Source: Candidatus Poribacteria bacterium
GTDB lineage: Bacteria > Poribacteria > WGA-4E > PCPOR2b
NCBI GenBank assembly: GCA_965220385.1
Contig: OZ244825.1
Location: 777,142 to 841,141, forward strand
Reading direction: 5' to 3'
DNA length: 64,000 nucleotides
Each line of letters begins with the position of its first letter. Position 1 is the first letter of the stretch. The notes under the pieces are model-generated. The model saw only the letters and a list, made by a program, of their open reading frames with translations. It searched no databases and was not told the DNA's origin. A program made the translations under genes and the position numbers. Shown one piece after another: positions 18,313-26,520 of the stretch.

Positions 18313-18451
18313 GTTAGTAATTGTTGCTAACATTAGCAACAGTTGCTAATAATTGGGTTAACCGCTTCGGCGACTTTTTGCATATTTCGCCTTGAAAGCC
18401 TGATGTCCGCTGGGTTTGTGCGATTTTCGTTTCTTTTGGCATGTTAATTGC
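18313..18451 (+). promoter_or_regulatory. Sigma-54 promoter unit 3: UAS palindromes (18313-18350) plus -24/-12 TGGCATGTTAATTGC (18437-18451)
   Basis: About 95% identical to unit 2 over roughly 280 bp, including the long leader. Confidence 0.75.
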
Positions 18452-18586
18452 TTCTTATGAGTCTGTGGTTGAACCCTTCAACCATGATAAAGGATTTTCG
18501 ATAGGTAGCGATTTGAATTATAAGTACACAAGCACTGTACCGTGTAATTTCTAACACTGTACACTTAAATGAGAGGAGAGCGTACG

Positions 18587-19357
18587 ATGAAAACGGTACT
18601 TGACCTGCTTCGTCACCCGTTGGTTCTCGGTGCACTCGTATTGAGCATCCTCATTGTGGTTGGTGTGTATTTCGGAAGCCATTGGTACTATGGTGATGTT
18701 GAACCAGTTGAGATACCGGAGATCTCCGCTCCTACTCCCGCCCTGCCTAAAAAATCTGCCTCCTCTGAAGTTGATTTGAGTGGCTTACAAGGGGAATCAT
18801 TGACACTGGAAACGGAATCAACGCCTACAGCACCGTCTATGGCAGTCGAGTCGGTCGATGATTTCTTAGCAGAGCTATCGGCTGAAGAGAAAGTACTGTT
18901 GACGGCGGAAGTGGTGGAAGATACGCAGCCGGTTTCCCCATTCGGTTTTGGTCCATATCCCCAAGTACCTTTAGACTTTCCCAGAGATCCCATCTGGGAA
19001 GCAGTCGAGATGTACGAAAAAATCAATCAACATGGACGTGGTATGATGAAGGCAATAGAATTGATGGATCGGGTTGTAATAAAACTCTGGAATCAGGGGC
19101 ATAGAGCAAGCTCTGCGTCAATGAGTAAAGGACGCGTCTATCCGGGATTTCCCAACACGGTTTATGTCCGATGGAGTTACATTGAAGAACCAGATGGGAC
19201 AATTACTCGATATGCAGGACGAAAAACGAGTGGGCCGGACATCCCCGAAAGTGTCTTTGATGCTTTAAGTGAGGGGATTGTCCCACCCGGCATAACCGTA
19301 CTTGATCATGATGCTGATGGAATAGATCCTTACACTTTTTTGAATCTTAATCAATAA
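18587..19357 (+). CDS. Single-pass membrane-anchored protein, family A (paralog of the 16657 protein)
   Basis: MKTVLDLLRHPLVLGALVLSILIVVGVYFGSHWYYGDVEPVE... is near-identical at the N-terminus and conserved in the C-terminal domain. Confidence 0.6.
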   Translation: MKTVLDLLRHPLVLGALVLSILIVVGVYFGSHWYYGDVEPVEIPEISAPTPALPKKSASSEVDLSGLQGESLTLETESTPTAPSMAVESVDDFLAELSAEEKVLLTAEVVEDTQPVSPFGFGPYPQVPLDFPRDPIWEAVEMYEKINQHGRGMMKAIELMDRVVIKLWNQGHRASSASMSKGRVYPGFPNTVYVRWSYIEEPDGTITRYAGRKTSGPDIPESVFDALSEGIVPPGITVLDHDADGIDPYTFLNLNQ

Positions 19358-19368
19358 GGAGAAATAAA

Positions 19369-19767
19369 ATGCGTATACGTTTTTGGGTCGGTTCGATAAT
19401 CTGCCTTGGTTCAATAATCTGTCTTTTGGTTACTTTTTCCGTACTTACCTCGATAAGCCACGCGGCAGGTTGTGACGAGTCAGAGTGTGACGAAGGGGTC
19501 TGTGCTAGTGCGAGGATAAGTGGTGGGGCAGAGCTAAAAGCAAGAGGGGTCGTGCGTGCTCCGAACAACTGTTGGGGCGGCTGGGGGATAAACGTGCGCG
19601 CTGGAACTAACAGTGACAGCGATTCAGACTATTACACAGGTGGGACAAGGAACGATCTGGAGGTTAAGCAGCATACGAGCCAAGCGAAAGCAACCTCGTG
19701 GATTACTGGGTATAATAGGCATGACGAGTCTTATTATGCCAATGCCTGTGATGAGTCTGGTGGTTGA
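19369..19767 (+). CDS. Small secreted Cys-rich protein, family B (paralog of the 17436 protein)
   Basis: Signal peptide, 6 Cys, conserved ...ATSWITGYNRHDES... motif; identical TAAGGAGAAATAAAATG ribosome-binding-site context to the 17436 gene. Confidence 0.55.
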   Translation: MRIRFWVGSIICLGSIICLLVTFSVLTSISHAAGCDESECDEGVCASARISGGAELKARGVVRAPNNCWGGWGINVRAGTNSDSDSDYYTGGTRNDLEVKQHTSQAKATSWITGYNRHDESYYANACDESGG

Positions 19768-19892
19768 TTCATCTGCAAAGCACGGACTGTTGACATTTTG
19801 TGCTTGAGATTTGTATAGTAACAGCGATTTCGCCGGAGTAGGCTTGTTAGGTATTGCTTAACAAGTTCAAGTTTTTTACAAACCCATATCAT

Positions 19893-19950
19893 AAAAAACG
19901 GGATGGATACCGTATCGCCTATCTTGTGGTGTCCAACCCGTTTTTTGTGC
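19893..19950. terminator. Bidirectional rho-independent terminator hairpin (AAAAAACGGGATGGATACC...GGTGTCCAACCCGTTTTTT)
   Basis: 13-14 bp imperfect stem flanked by an A-run and a T-run, downstream of the 19369 gene. Confidence 0.55.
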
Positions 19951-20061
19951 CCAAGATCCGAAAAAACTTCATATTTCCCCTGTGGATGTTTCTTTACGTC
20001 CGGTGATGAAATATCTCTAGTTAAAAGGGAGTCTGCGCTCTTGACACAGTAGGGCTGTGTC

Positions 20062-20212
20062 CTAAATCAATACAACCCGCGGCATCATACTCTTTTTTCA
20101 GGGGATATGATACCGCTTTTTTTGTGCTCACAGCGTGGCGTGAGTCGGCTAAAGTGCTTCAAAACCTCCCCATCTTTTTATCGGAATATGGTATAATCAC
20201 GCAAGTTGTTAT
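20062..20212 (+). promoter_or_regulatory. U element copy 4, immediately upstream of the sucC-like gene
   Basis: CGCGGCATCATAC...GATATGATACCGCTTTTTTTGTGCTCACAGCGTGGCGTGAGTCGGCTAAAGTGCTTCAAAACCTCCCCATCTTTTTATCGGAATATGGTATAATCACGCA. Confidence 0.65.
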
Positions 20213-20230
20213 CTATCAGAAGGGAAAGCG

Positions 20231-21430
20231 ATGAGACTCCTCGAACATCAAAGCAAAAAATTACTCTCCAACTTCGGATTAGCTTTCACGGACTCGACGC
20301 TGGTTAACTCAATGGGTGAGGTGCGAGCAACCGTTGAGCGTGTCGGGCTGCCCGTTGTCCTGAAGGCGCAGACCCCTTTCGGTGGACGTGGGAACATCGG
20401 GGCGGTGAAGTTCGCGGAGACCGTGGATCAAGCCGTCATCGCGGCAAAGGCTTTGTTCGGGATGGACGTGCGCGGCACAATCGTTGACGTGGTTTCGATT
20501 GAACCGAGGCTAAACTACGAACGCGAGTTTTACGTTGGTATTACATGGGATACGGTCGCAAAGCTGCCGGTTGTACTATTGAGCCTCGCCGGTGGTGTGG
20601 ATGTTGAATCCTCCCAGAGCGATCAGGGCGCACGTCAGTCATTTGACCCGTGGACGGGACTCGCACCTTATGAGGCGAGAGGATTGGCCGCCAAAGTTGG
20701 ATTAACGGGAAAAACCTTCTTGGGAGTCGGGGATACTCTTACCAAGTTGTCGGGAGCGTTTCTCGCCTGCGATGCCGTCACGATGGAGATCAATCCGTTA
20801 GTCGTTATCGAGGACGAGACACTTATCGGGCTTGATGCGCGCCTAGAGATTGAGGACGAGGCGGTGTATCGGCAGCGGAAACGGTTGGAGCCGTTGGGCG
20901 AACTGACGGTGACCGCAGCGGGTCGTCCGCCCACGCCTCTGGAACTGGAGGCACAACGTATCGATGCAATAGACCATCGGGGCGTTGCCGGACGCGTGGT
21001 CGAATTTGACGGCGATCTCGCCCTCCTGATCGGTGGCGGCGGCGCAAGCCTGACCGTTTTCGACGCAATCAAAGCGCACGGCGGAAGTCCGGCGAACTAC
21101 TGCGAAGTAGGCGGAAACCCGACGGAGGAGAAGGTTGCTGCCATAACATCGCTCCTGCTATCAAAGCCGGGAGTGAAGGGGCTGGCAGTTATCATGAATG
21201 TGGTCAACAACACCCGTGCGGATGTCATCGCTCGCGGTGTCCTCATGGGGGTCGAGACCGCAGGAAGAAAACCCGCGGAGACAATCAGCCTCTTCCGTGT
21301 CCCCGGCAACTGGGAGGCGGAAGCGCGGGAGATCATGGAGGCAGCCGGCGTCGAAGTCTACGGACGCGAGGTGTCGTTAGATACGGCTGCCCGGTTGGCT
21401 GTTGAAAGGAATCGCGCCCATGCTGCTTGA
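20231..21430 (+). CDS. ADP-forming succinyl-CoA synthetase beta-subunit-like ATP-grasp protein (SucC/MtkA/CcsA family)
   Basis: N-terminus MRLLEHQSKKLLSNFGL...VVLKAQ...GGRG pattern matches SucC; translationally coupled to the alpha-like subunit. Confidence 0.7.
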   Translation: MRLLEHQSKKLLSNFGLAFTDSTLVNSMGEVRATVERVGLPVVLKAQTPFGGRGNIGAVKFAETVDQAVIAAKALFGMDVRGTIVDVVSIEPRLNYEREFYVGITWDTVAKLPVVLLSLAGGVDVESSQSDQGARQSFDPWTGLAPYEARGLAAKVGLTGKTFLGVGDTLTKLSGAFLACDAVTMEINPLVVIEDETLIGLDARLEIEDEAVYRQRKRLEPLGELTVTAAGRPPTPLELEAQRIDAIDHRGVAGRVVEFDGDLALLIGGGGASLTVFDAIKAHGGSPANYCEVGGNPTEEKVAAITSLLLSKPGVKGLAVIMNVVNNTRADVIARGVLMGVETAGRKPAETISLFRVPGNWEAEAREIMEAAGVEVYGREVSLDTAARLAVERNRAHAA

Positions 21431-22307
21431 CCCGAAGGGGGGTGTTCTCGTGCAGGGGATCACCGGCAGGGAAGCGAGCCGTATGGTCGAAGACTCGCTC
21501 GCCTACGGGAGTAACATCGTCGCCGGTGTAACACCCGGTAAGGGAGGACAGGGCGTCCACGGAGTGCCCGTCTACGACACAGTCGCAGCAGCGGTTGAGA
21601 AGCATCGCCCAACGATCAGCATTATCTCTGTTCCGCCTCCCGCCGTGCTTGATGCCGCCCTCGAATCCTTCTCCGCCGGTATGCAGCTCTGTCTGATTAT
21701 GACGGAGCGTGTCCCACAACTGGACACCAGTAAATTACTGATCGCCGCCCGCTGCACCGGTTGCACCGTCATCGGTCCCAATTCGTTGGGGCTGATCCGT
21801 CCGGGAATTGCGAAACTCGGCACCATCGGCGGTCGCGTGGATAATGTGCGACGTTCCTTTATGCCGGGCAAGGTCGCTGTGCTATCTCGCAGCGGTGGTA
21901 TGACCACCGAGATCGCCAGCTATCTGACCAGTCGTGGCGTGGGGCAGAGTATCGCTATCGGCGTGGGCGGGGATGCACTCATCGGCTCCAATTTCACGGA
22001 ACTGATTGAACGCCTTGAGGCGGATCCCGACACGGATGCTGTAGTTATCTATGGGGAGCCGGGCGGGGCTGCGGAGGAGCAGCTCGCAGCGCGAATGAAG
22101 CAAAAATCGTCCCGACTCCGAATAGTTGCCTTTCTGTCCGGCAGCTTCGTTGATGACCTCGAAGGTGTACGGTTCGGTCATGCCGGGGTGATCGTCGAAG
22201 GGGGACGCGGATCAGTTCGTGGGAAGGTGAAAGCCCTCCGTGAAGCCGGAATATTTGTAGCAGAGACGTTTGAGGACATTTTACACGGGCTTGAACCTGA
22301 TGCGTAG
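21420..22307 (+). CDS. Succinyl-CoA synthetase alpha-subunit-like CoA-binding protein (SucD family)
   Basis: VLVQGITGREAS...GVTPGKGG...IGPNSLGLIRPG motifs; ATG overlaps the upstream stop (ATGCTGCTTGA). Confidence 0.7.
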   Translation: MLLDPKGGVLVQGITGREASRMVEDSLAYGSNIVAGVTPGKGGQGVHGVPVYDTVAAAVEKHRPTISIISVPPPAVLDAALESFSAGMQLCLIMTERVPQLDTSKLLIAARCTGCTVIGPNSLGLIRPGIAKLGTIGGRVDNVRRSFMPGKVAVLSRSGGMTTEIASYLTSRGVGQSIAIGVGGDALIGSNFTELIERLEADPDTDAVVIYGEPGGAAEEQLAARMKQKSSRLRIVAFLSGSFVDDLEGVRFGHAGVIVEGGRGSVRGKVKALREAGIFVAETFEDILHGLEPDA

Positions 22308-22399
22308 GTTGGTTCATTGGTGCACCGGTTTATCAATCGCACCAATGAACTGTTGAACCAATGAACTTTTCTTTAATGAACGAATGAACGAGCGAACGA

Positions 22400-24682
22400 A
22401 TGAACTCTTGGTACAGTATTAAAGGACTGGTTCGGTATTTATCCGCCATCCTTCTATTTGCCCTGTTCATATATCTACCTGCTGCACATTCACAGCAATT
22501 TATAGCGAAGGACGGGGAAATTCGCGGGACGGTCTATGGTCAAGAGGCGAGCGAGCCGTTAGTGGACGCTACCGTCCGATTGGTCGAAAGCGACCGAGTG
22601 ACGCTGACCGATGATAAGGGTGGATTTCGATTCGAGGATCTGTCTCCCGGCGATTATACATTGGCTGTGATTGCCATCGGTTATCGTCTCCTTGAGGAGA
22701 ACAACGTCGCTATGGTGAAGTCGGGCGAGGTGACTGAGGTCGAGATTTATCTTGCCCCGGTCGATACGATCTTAGATGAGGTCGAGGTCAGATCGCGGTC
22801 CATACCGACGACCGTCGGTAGGCAGACCGTAGGCGTCATGGAGATTAAACGGATCCCCGGCAGCGCAGGGGACGCACTCCGAGCACTCCAGGCGTTGCCG
22901 GGGATCGGTGTCGCAAGTGATTTCGACGGTCAACTCTATATCCGCGGCGGTGCCCCCGACGACAACCGGTTTTACCTTGATCGTGCCCCTCTCTTTTATC
23001 CCTACCACTTTGGTGGCTTGGTCTCAACTATCAATTCAGAGGTGCTCAACCGGATTGATGTCTACGCCGGCGGATTCGGAGCGGAGTTTGGAGCGGACGC
23101 CCAAGCCGTAATAGACATCTATTCGCGGCGTGGCAGGGAAGATCGGATAGGCGGCAAATTTAACGTGAACCTCCTCTATTCCGAGGGGTTGGTTGAAGGA
23201 CCGATTGGAGGGCGCGGGTCCTGGTATCTCGCAGGGCGGCGAAGCTATGTCGACCTCTTCCTGATGGAGACTACCCAGATCACGGCGTTTCCGCGATTCT
23301 GGGACTATCAGGCGAAGGTCAGCTACGATCTCTCTGACAATCACCAATTCGACGTTAAGGCGTTCGCCGCGGGCGATGTCATGGGGTTTAAGTTGGGTTT
23401 AGAAGATGTTGATTATGATCCAACGCTCGCAGGAAGGTTCGACCTTGAAGGGCGATTTGGTGTGCAAGCCGCGGATCTCAGATCAACACTGACCGACCGC
23501 CTCACTTCGCATCTCTCCGTCTCGCGTGCGACTTTCTTACAAGCCTTTAGCTTCGGTCAAGGCCTTTTCCTGCGACTGGAGCCGATCCAGTACGAAGTCC
23601 GCGAGGACCTCGCCTACCGCTTGAATTCGCAACATCAGCTTGAATCGGGGCTGCTTGTTTCTACGGCGCAGTGGAACGGATCCGCCAACTTTCCTCGCCG
23701 CGCCGATGAAGGGGACCCGCAGGCGACCGAATCTCAATTCTTCACCTTTGCGGAAAAGATCTCTGTAGATTTTGCCGAACGGTTCAACGTCATTGAGGGG
23801 TATCTCCAGAATCGGTATGACCCGTTTGCGTTCTTATCGCTTACGTTAGGGCTGCGGCTGGACTATTTTAACCTTACCGATCGCGTCTCCGTGGGACCGC
23901 GGGGCAGCCTTCAATTCAATATACCGGGCGGTTCAGAGCTCCGCTTTGCCTACGGTAGATACGAGATTAGTCCTTATCCATGGCAAATTATCCCGGGATA
24001 CGGAAATCCGGAGGTGAAGGAGAATACGGCGACCCATTATATCCTGGAATTGGAACGGGAAATTAGCGCCCAAACACGGCTCAAGGTTGCCGGTTATCAG
24101 AAAGATTTTAGAGACCTAATTACCCGTGATCAGGTCGCGGGATACCTGAATCAAGGACAGGGCTACGCGCGTGGGATTGAAATTTCTCTCAAACATCGTG
24201 CCGGCGACCGATTCTTCGCTTGGGCGAACTACGGCTACTCTGTTTCTAAACGCGAAGACCGGCCCGGCGATCCAGAGCGACTCTATTCGTTTGATCAGCC
24301 CCACGTCGCAACGCTCACAGCAAGCTATCTGATCACACCGACATGGGAGATCGGTGCGAAGTGGCAGTATCGCTCCGGGCTGCCCTACACGCCGGTAGTC
24401 GGTCGGGAGATTCGACGCCATCCAGATACAGGTCGCCCCCGCTACAGTCCTCTCTTCGGCGAAACGAACACGGCGCGGGTACCGCCGTTCCACCGCTTGG
24501 ACATCCGTATCAGCAAGTCGTTCATCTATCAGCGTTGGCGATGGAGCATCTTCCTTGAGGTACTTAATGCATATAATCGCAAGAATGTGTTAGATGTTGA
24601 TTACAACAGAAGCTACACAGAGGAGCGATACCTCTACCAATTGCCCATAGTCCCGTATCCGGGGATAACGGTTGAGTTCTAA
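22400..24682 (+). CDS. TonB-dependent-receptor-like outer-membrane protein (CarboxypepD_reg domain, plug, beta-barrel; C-terminal Phe)
   Basis: Signal peptide; GTVYG...TVRLVESDRVTLTDDKGGFRFEDLSPGDYTLAV (CarbopepD_reg); RIPGSAGDALRALQALPGI plug; ends ...GITVEF. Confidence 0.7.
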   Translation: MNSWYSIKGLVRYLSAILLFALFIYLPAAHSQQFIAKDGEIRGTVYGQEASEPLVDATVRLVESDRVTLTDDKGGFRFEDLSPGDYTLAVIAIGYRLLEENNVAMVKSGEVTEVEIYLAPVDTILDEVEVRSRSIPTTVGRQTVGVMEIKRIPGSAGDALRALQALPGIGVASDFDGQLYIRGGAPDDNRFYLDRAPLFYPYHFGGLVSTINSEVLNRIDVYAGGFGAEFGADAQAVIDIYSRRGREDRIGGKFNVNLLYSEGLVEGPIGGRGSWYLAGRRSYVDLFLMETTQITAFPRFWDYQAKVSYDLSDNHQFDVKAFAAGDVMGFKLGLEDVDYDPTLAGRFDLEGRFGVQAADLRSTLTDRLTSHLSVSRATFLQAFSFGQGLFLRLEPIQYEVREDLAYRLNSQHQLESGLLVSTAQWNGSANFPRRADEGDPQATESQFFTFAEKISVDFAERFNVIEGYLQNRYDPFAFLSLTLGLRLDYFNLTDRVSVGPRGSLQFNIPGGSELRFAYGRYEISPYPWQIIPGYGNPEVKENTATHYILELEREISAQTRLKVAGYQKDFRDLITRDQVAGYLNQGQGYARGIEISLKHRAGDRFFAWANYGYSVSKREDRPGDPERLYSFDQPHVATLTASYLITPTWEIGAKWQYRSGLPYTPVVGREIRRHPDTGRPRYSPLFGETNTARVPPFHRLDIRISKSFIYQRWRWSIFLEVLNAYNRKNVLDVDYNRSYTEERYLYQLPIVPYPGITVEF

Positions 24683-24705
24683 TCCAAGACTGCCATTAGC
24701 GATTG

Positions 24706-26484
24706 CTATTTGAGAATAACCATCTTTCGAGTGCTGGAATAATCCCCTGCATGTAGCTGGTAAAAATAGATACCGCTCCCCACCGGCTCGCCTAACTGGT
24801 TGCGTCCGTCCCAATACGCCGCACGCGTCCGATCCATGTAATACCCCGCCACCTGATGCCCTAAATCCAATTGCCGGACCAACATGCCCTCGGTATCATA
24901 GATGGTAAGCGTTACCTCCGCAGCGTGAGCCAGTTGATACGGGATCCATGTCTCTGGATTGAAGGGGTTGGGGTAGTTCGCAAGTAAGGTAGTTTGGTCG
25001 GGACGGATCGCTTCCAAAATGTGCTTTAGGTTAAGGATACCCTCTTGAAAGGGAAGTGAGCCATCATCCACTGCGTGCGCCATATCTATCCAATTCTGAA
25101 TCGTCTCGGAATTGATGCCTGATAGGGGTTGCATTCCTACACCGGGGGCTAAGCCGTTTGAAGATTCACCTAAGCGTTGGGCAACTTGGATAAGGTCGAA
25201 AATATTGACCACCCCATCACTGTTGATATCAGCTTGCGGGTTGGATTGACCAAAGTTTTGAGCCACTACAATCAGATCGAAGATATTTATCTGTCCATCC
25301 CCGTTGACATCCCGCGAGTTGCCGACGGTAATTGAATTGACGACGATTCTGAAGGGAATTCGGCCTCCGCTCGGATCGCCCAACCTAACTCCGCGTAGCC
25401 TTAAATTTCCCTCCCCTACTGTCTTTGCTTCAAAGGTTATGGATAGCAAGGTTCCAGTTCCGCTGATGCCGCCTGCGCTGATACGTGCTAACGCGGAGCC
25501 GGTGATTTCGCCCGCGGTATTGTTGATGCTGCCCGCCTGAAAAAAGGTTTGTCCGTTGTTCTGGGAAAGAAAATCCCCTTCACTGACAGAGACGGCTTGG
25601 AGAACCGCAGGATCGAACGTAATATCGAGTTCCCAACCTGCTAAATTGGTAATGTCTTCGACCATGAGTCCGAGTGTAAATGTATCACCTACGTTTACTG
25701 AATCAGTTGTGGGAAAGAAAATTCTTGCCAAATTATCCTCTACAATCTTCGCATCCCCGATTAAGACGCCATGGTTCCCATGTCGGGATAGATCGTTGGC
25801 TGTCCCGTCATCGAAGTTCCAGTAACCGGCGAGCCCTGACTCATTTCCCTGAAGCACGGTATTCATTGTGGCTTGGATCTCCGCTTCCGTGCGAACAAAA
25901 TTCCAGAGTCGTACTTCGTCAATCAGACCATCGAAAAAATTCCGAGCACTTGGCCGACGACCGCCAATTTTGAAGTAGTTATGCTCGTCATAAACGTCCC
26001 CAATTTCCCCTGTGCCGACGCTTGAAAACACCAGCACCCCGTTGGCAAAGAGTTGAAAGGTCTGCGTCTCCTCTGAATAGGTGAATGCGAGATGTGCCCA
26101 TGTGCCCTCGGGAACGACATATTCGGTGTTAACCCAATCCCATCCCGGATTCTCGTTGCTAACGGCGAACCGAATACTGCCATCCTCAAATCGCCCGAGT
26201 TCATATTCACCCTCCTTATTGACGATAATTCCTCCGTTCGTTCGGGTATCACCCTGGCCCGAACCTGGACCTAACGGATGGATCCAAGTTTCAATGGTTA
26301 GTGTAAGGGGCATGACCAAGGATTGTGCGTGTTCAACGCGGACTTCGTCGCCTTCACCATCCAGACTCAATACAGAACCGATCCCTGCGGCAAGGCTCAA
26401 GTTGAAACTTCCACAAAAGAGGAAGAGAAGAATTGACACCCACAGGCTATGTTTCAGGAAATTACGAACCGCGTATCTTTTCAT
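24706..26484 (-). CDS. Secreted multidomain protein: LamG/ConA-like, cohesin-like and two dockerin-type repeats, with a T9SS C-terminal sorting domain
   Basis: DEVRLWNFVRTEAEI...YWNFDDG (LamG); DVNGDGQINIFDLIVVAQNFG and DINSDGVVNIFDLIQVAQRLG (dockerin repeats); C-terminal YPNPFNPETWIPY...TRKMVILK. Confidence 0.7.
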   Translation of the reverse strand: MKRYAVRNFLKHSLWVSILLFLFCGSFNLSLAAGIGSVLSLDGEGDEVRVEHAQSLVMPLTLTIETWIHPLGPGSGQGDTRTNGGIIVNKEGEYELGRFEDGSIRFAVSNENPGWDWVNTEYVVPEGTWAHLAFTYSEETQTFQLFANGVLVFSSVGTGEIGDVYDEHNYFKIGGRRPSARNFFDGLIDEVRLWNFVRTEAEIQATMNTVLQGNESGLAGYWNFDDGTANDLSRHGNHGVLIGDAKIVEDNLARIFFPTTDSVNVGDTFTLGLMVEDITNLAGWELDITFDPAVLQAVSVSEGDFLSQNNGQTFFQAGSINNTAGEITGSALARISAGGISGTGTLLSITFEAKTVGEGNLRLRGVRLGDPSGGRIPFRIVVNSITVGNSRDVNGDGQINIFDLIVVAQNFGQSNPQADINSDGVVNIFDLIQVAQRLGESSNGLAPGVGMQPLSGINSETIQNWIDMAHAVDDGSLPFQEGILNLKHILEAIRPDQTTLLANYPNPFNPETWIPYQLAHAAEVTLTIYDTEGMLVRQLDLGHQVAGYYMDRTRAAYWDGRNQLGEPVGSGIYFYQLHAGDYSSTRKMVILK

Positions 26485-26520
26485 GAATCTTGACTCCTTA
26501 AAATTTAGGCTAAAGGTGAA

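Noticed and set aside
12455-20212. U elements as integron attC sites (cassette array as an integron)
   Set aside because: No integron integrase (intI) nearby, no recognisable R''/R' core sites (GTTRRRY/RYYYAAC), and the cassettes carry their own promoters. Kept only as a low-probability alternative in the findings.
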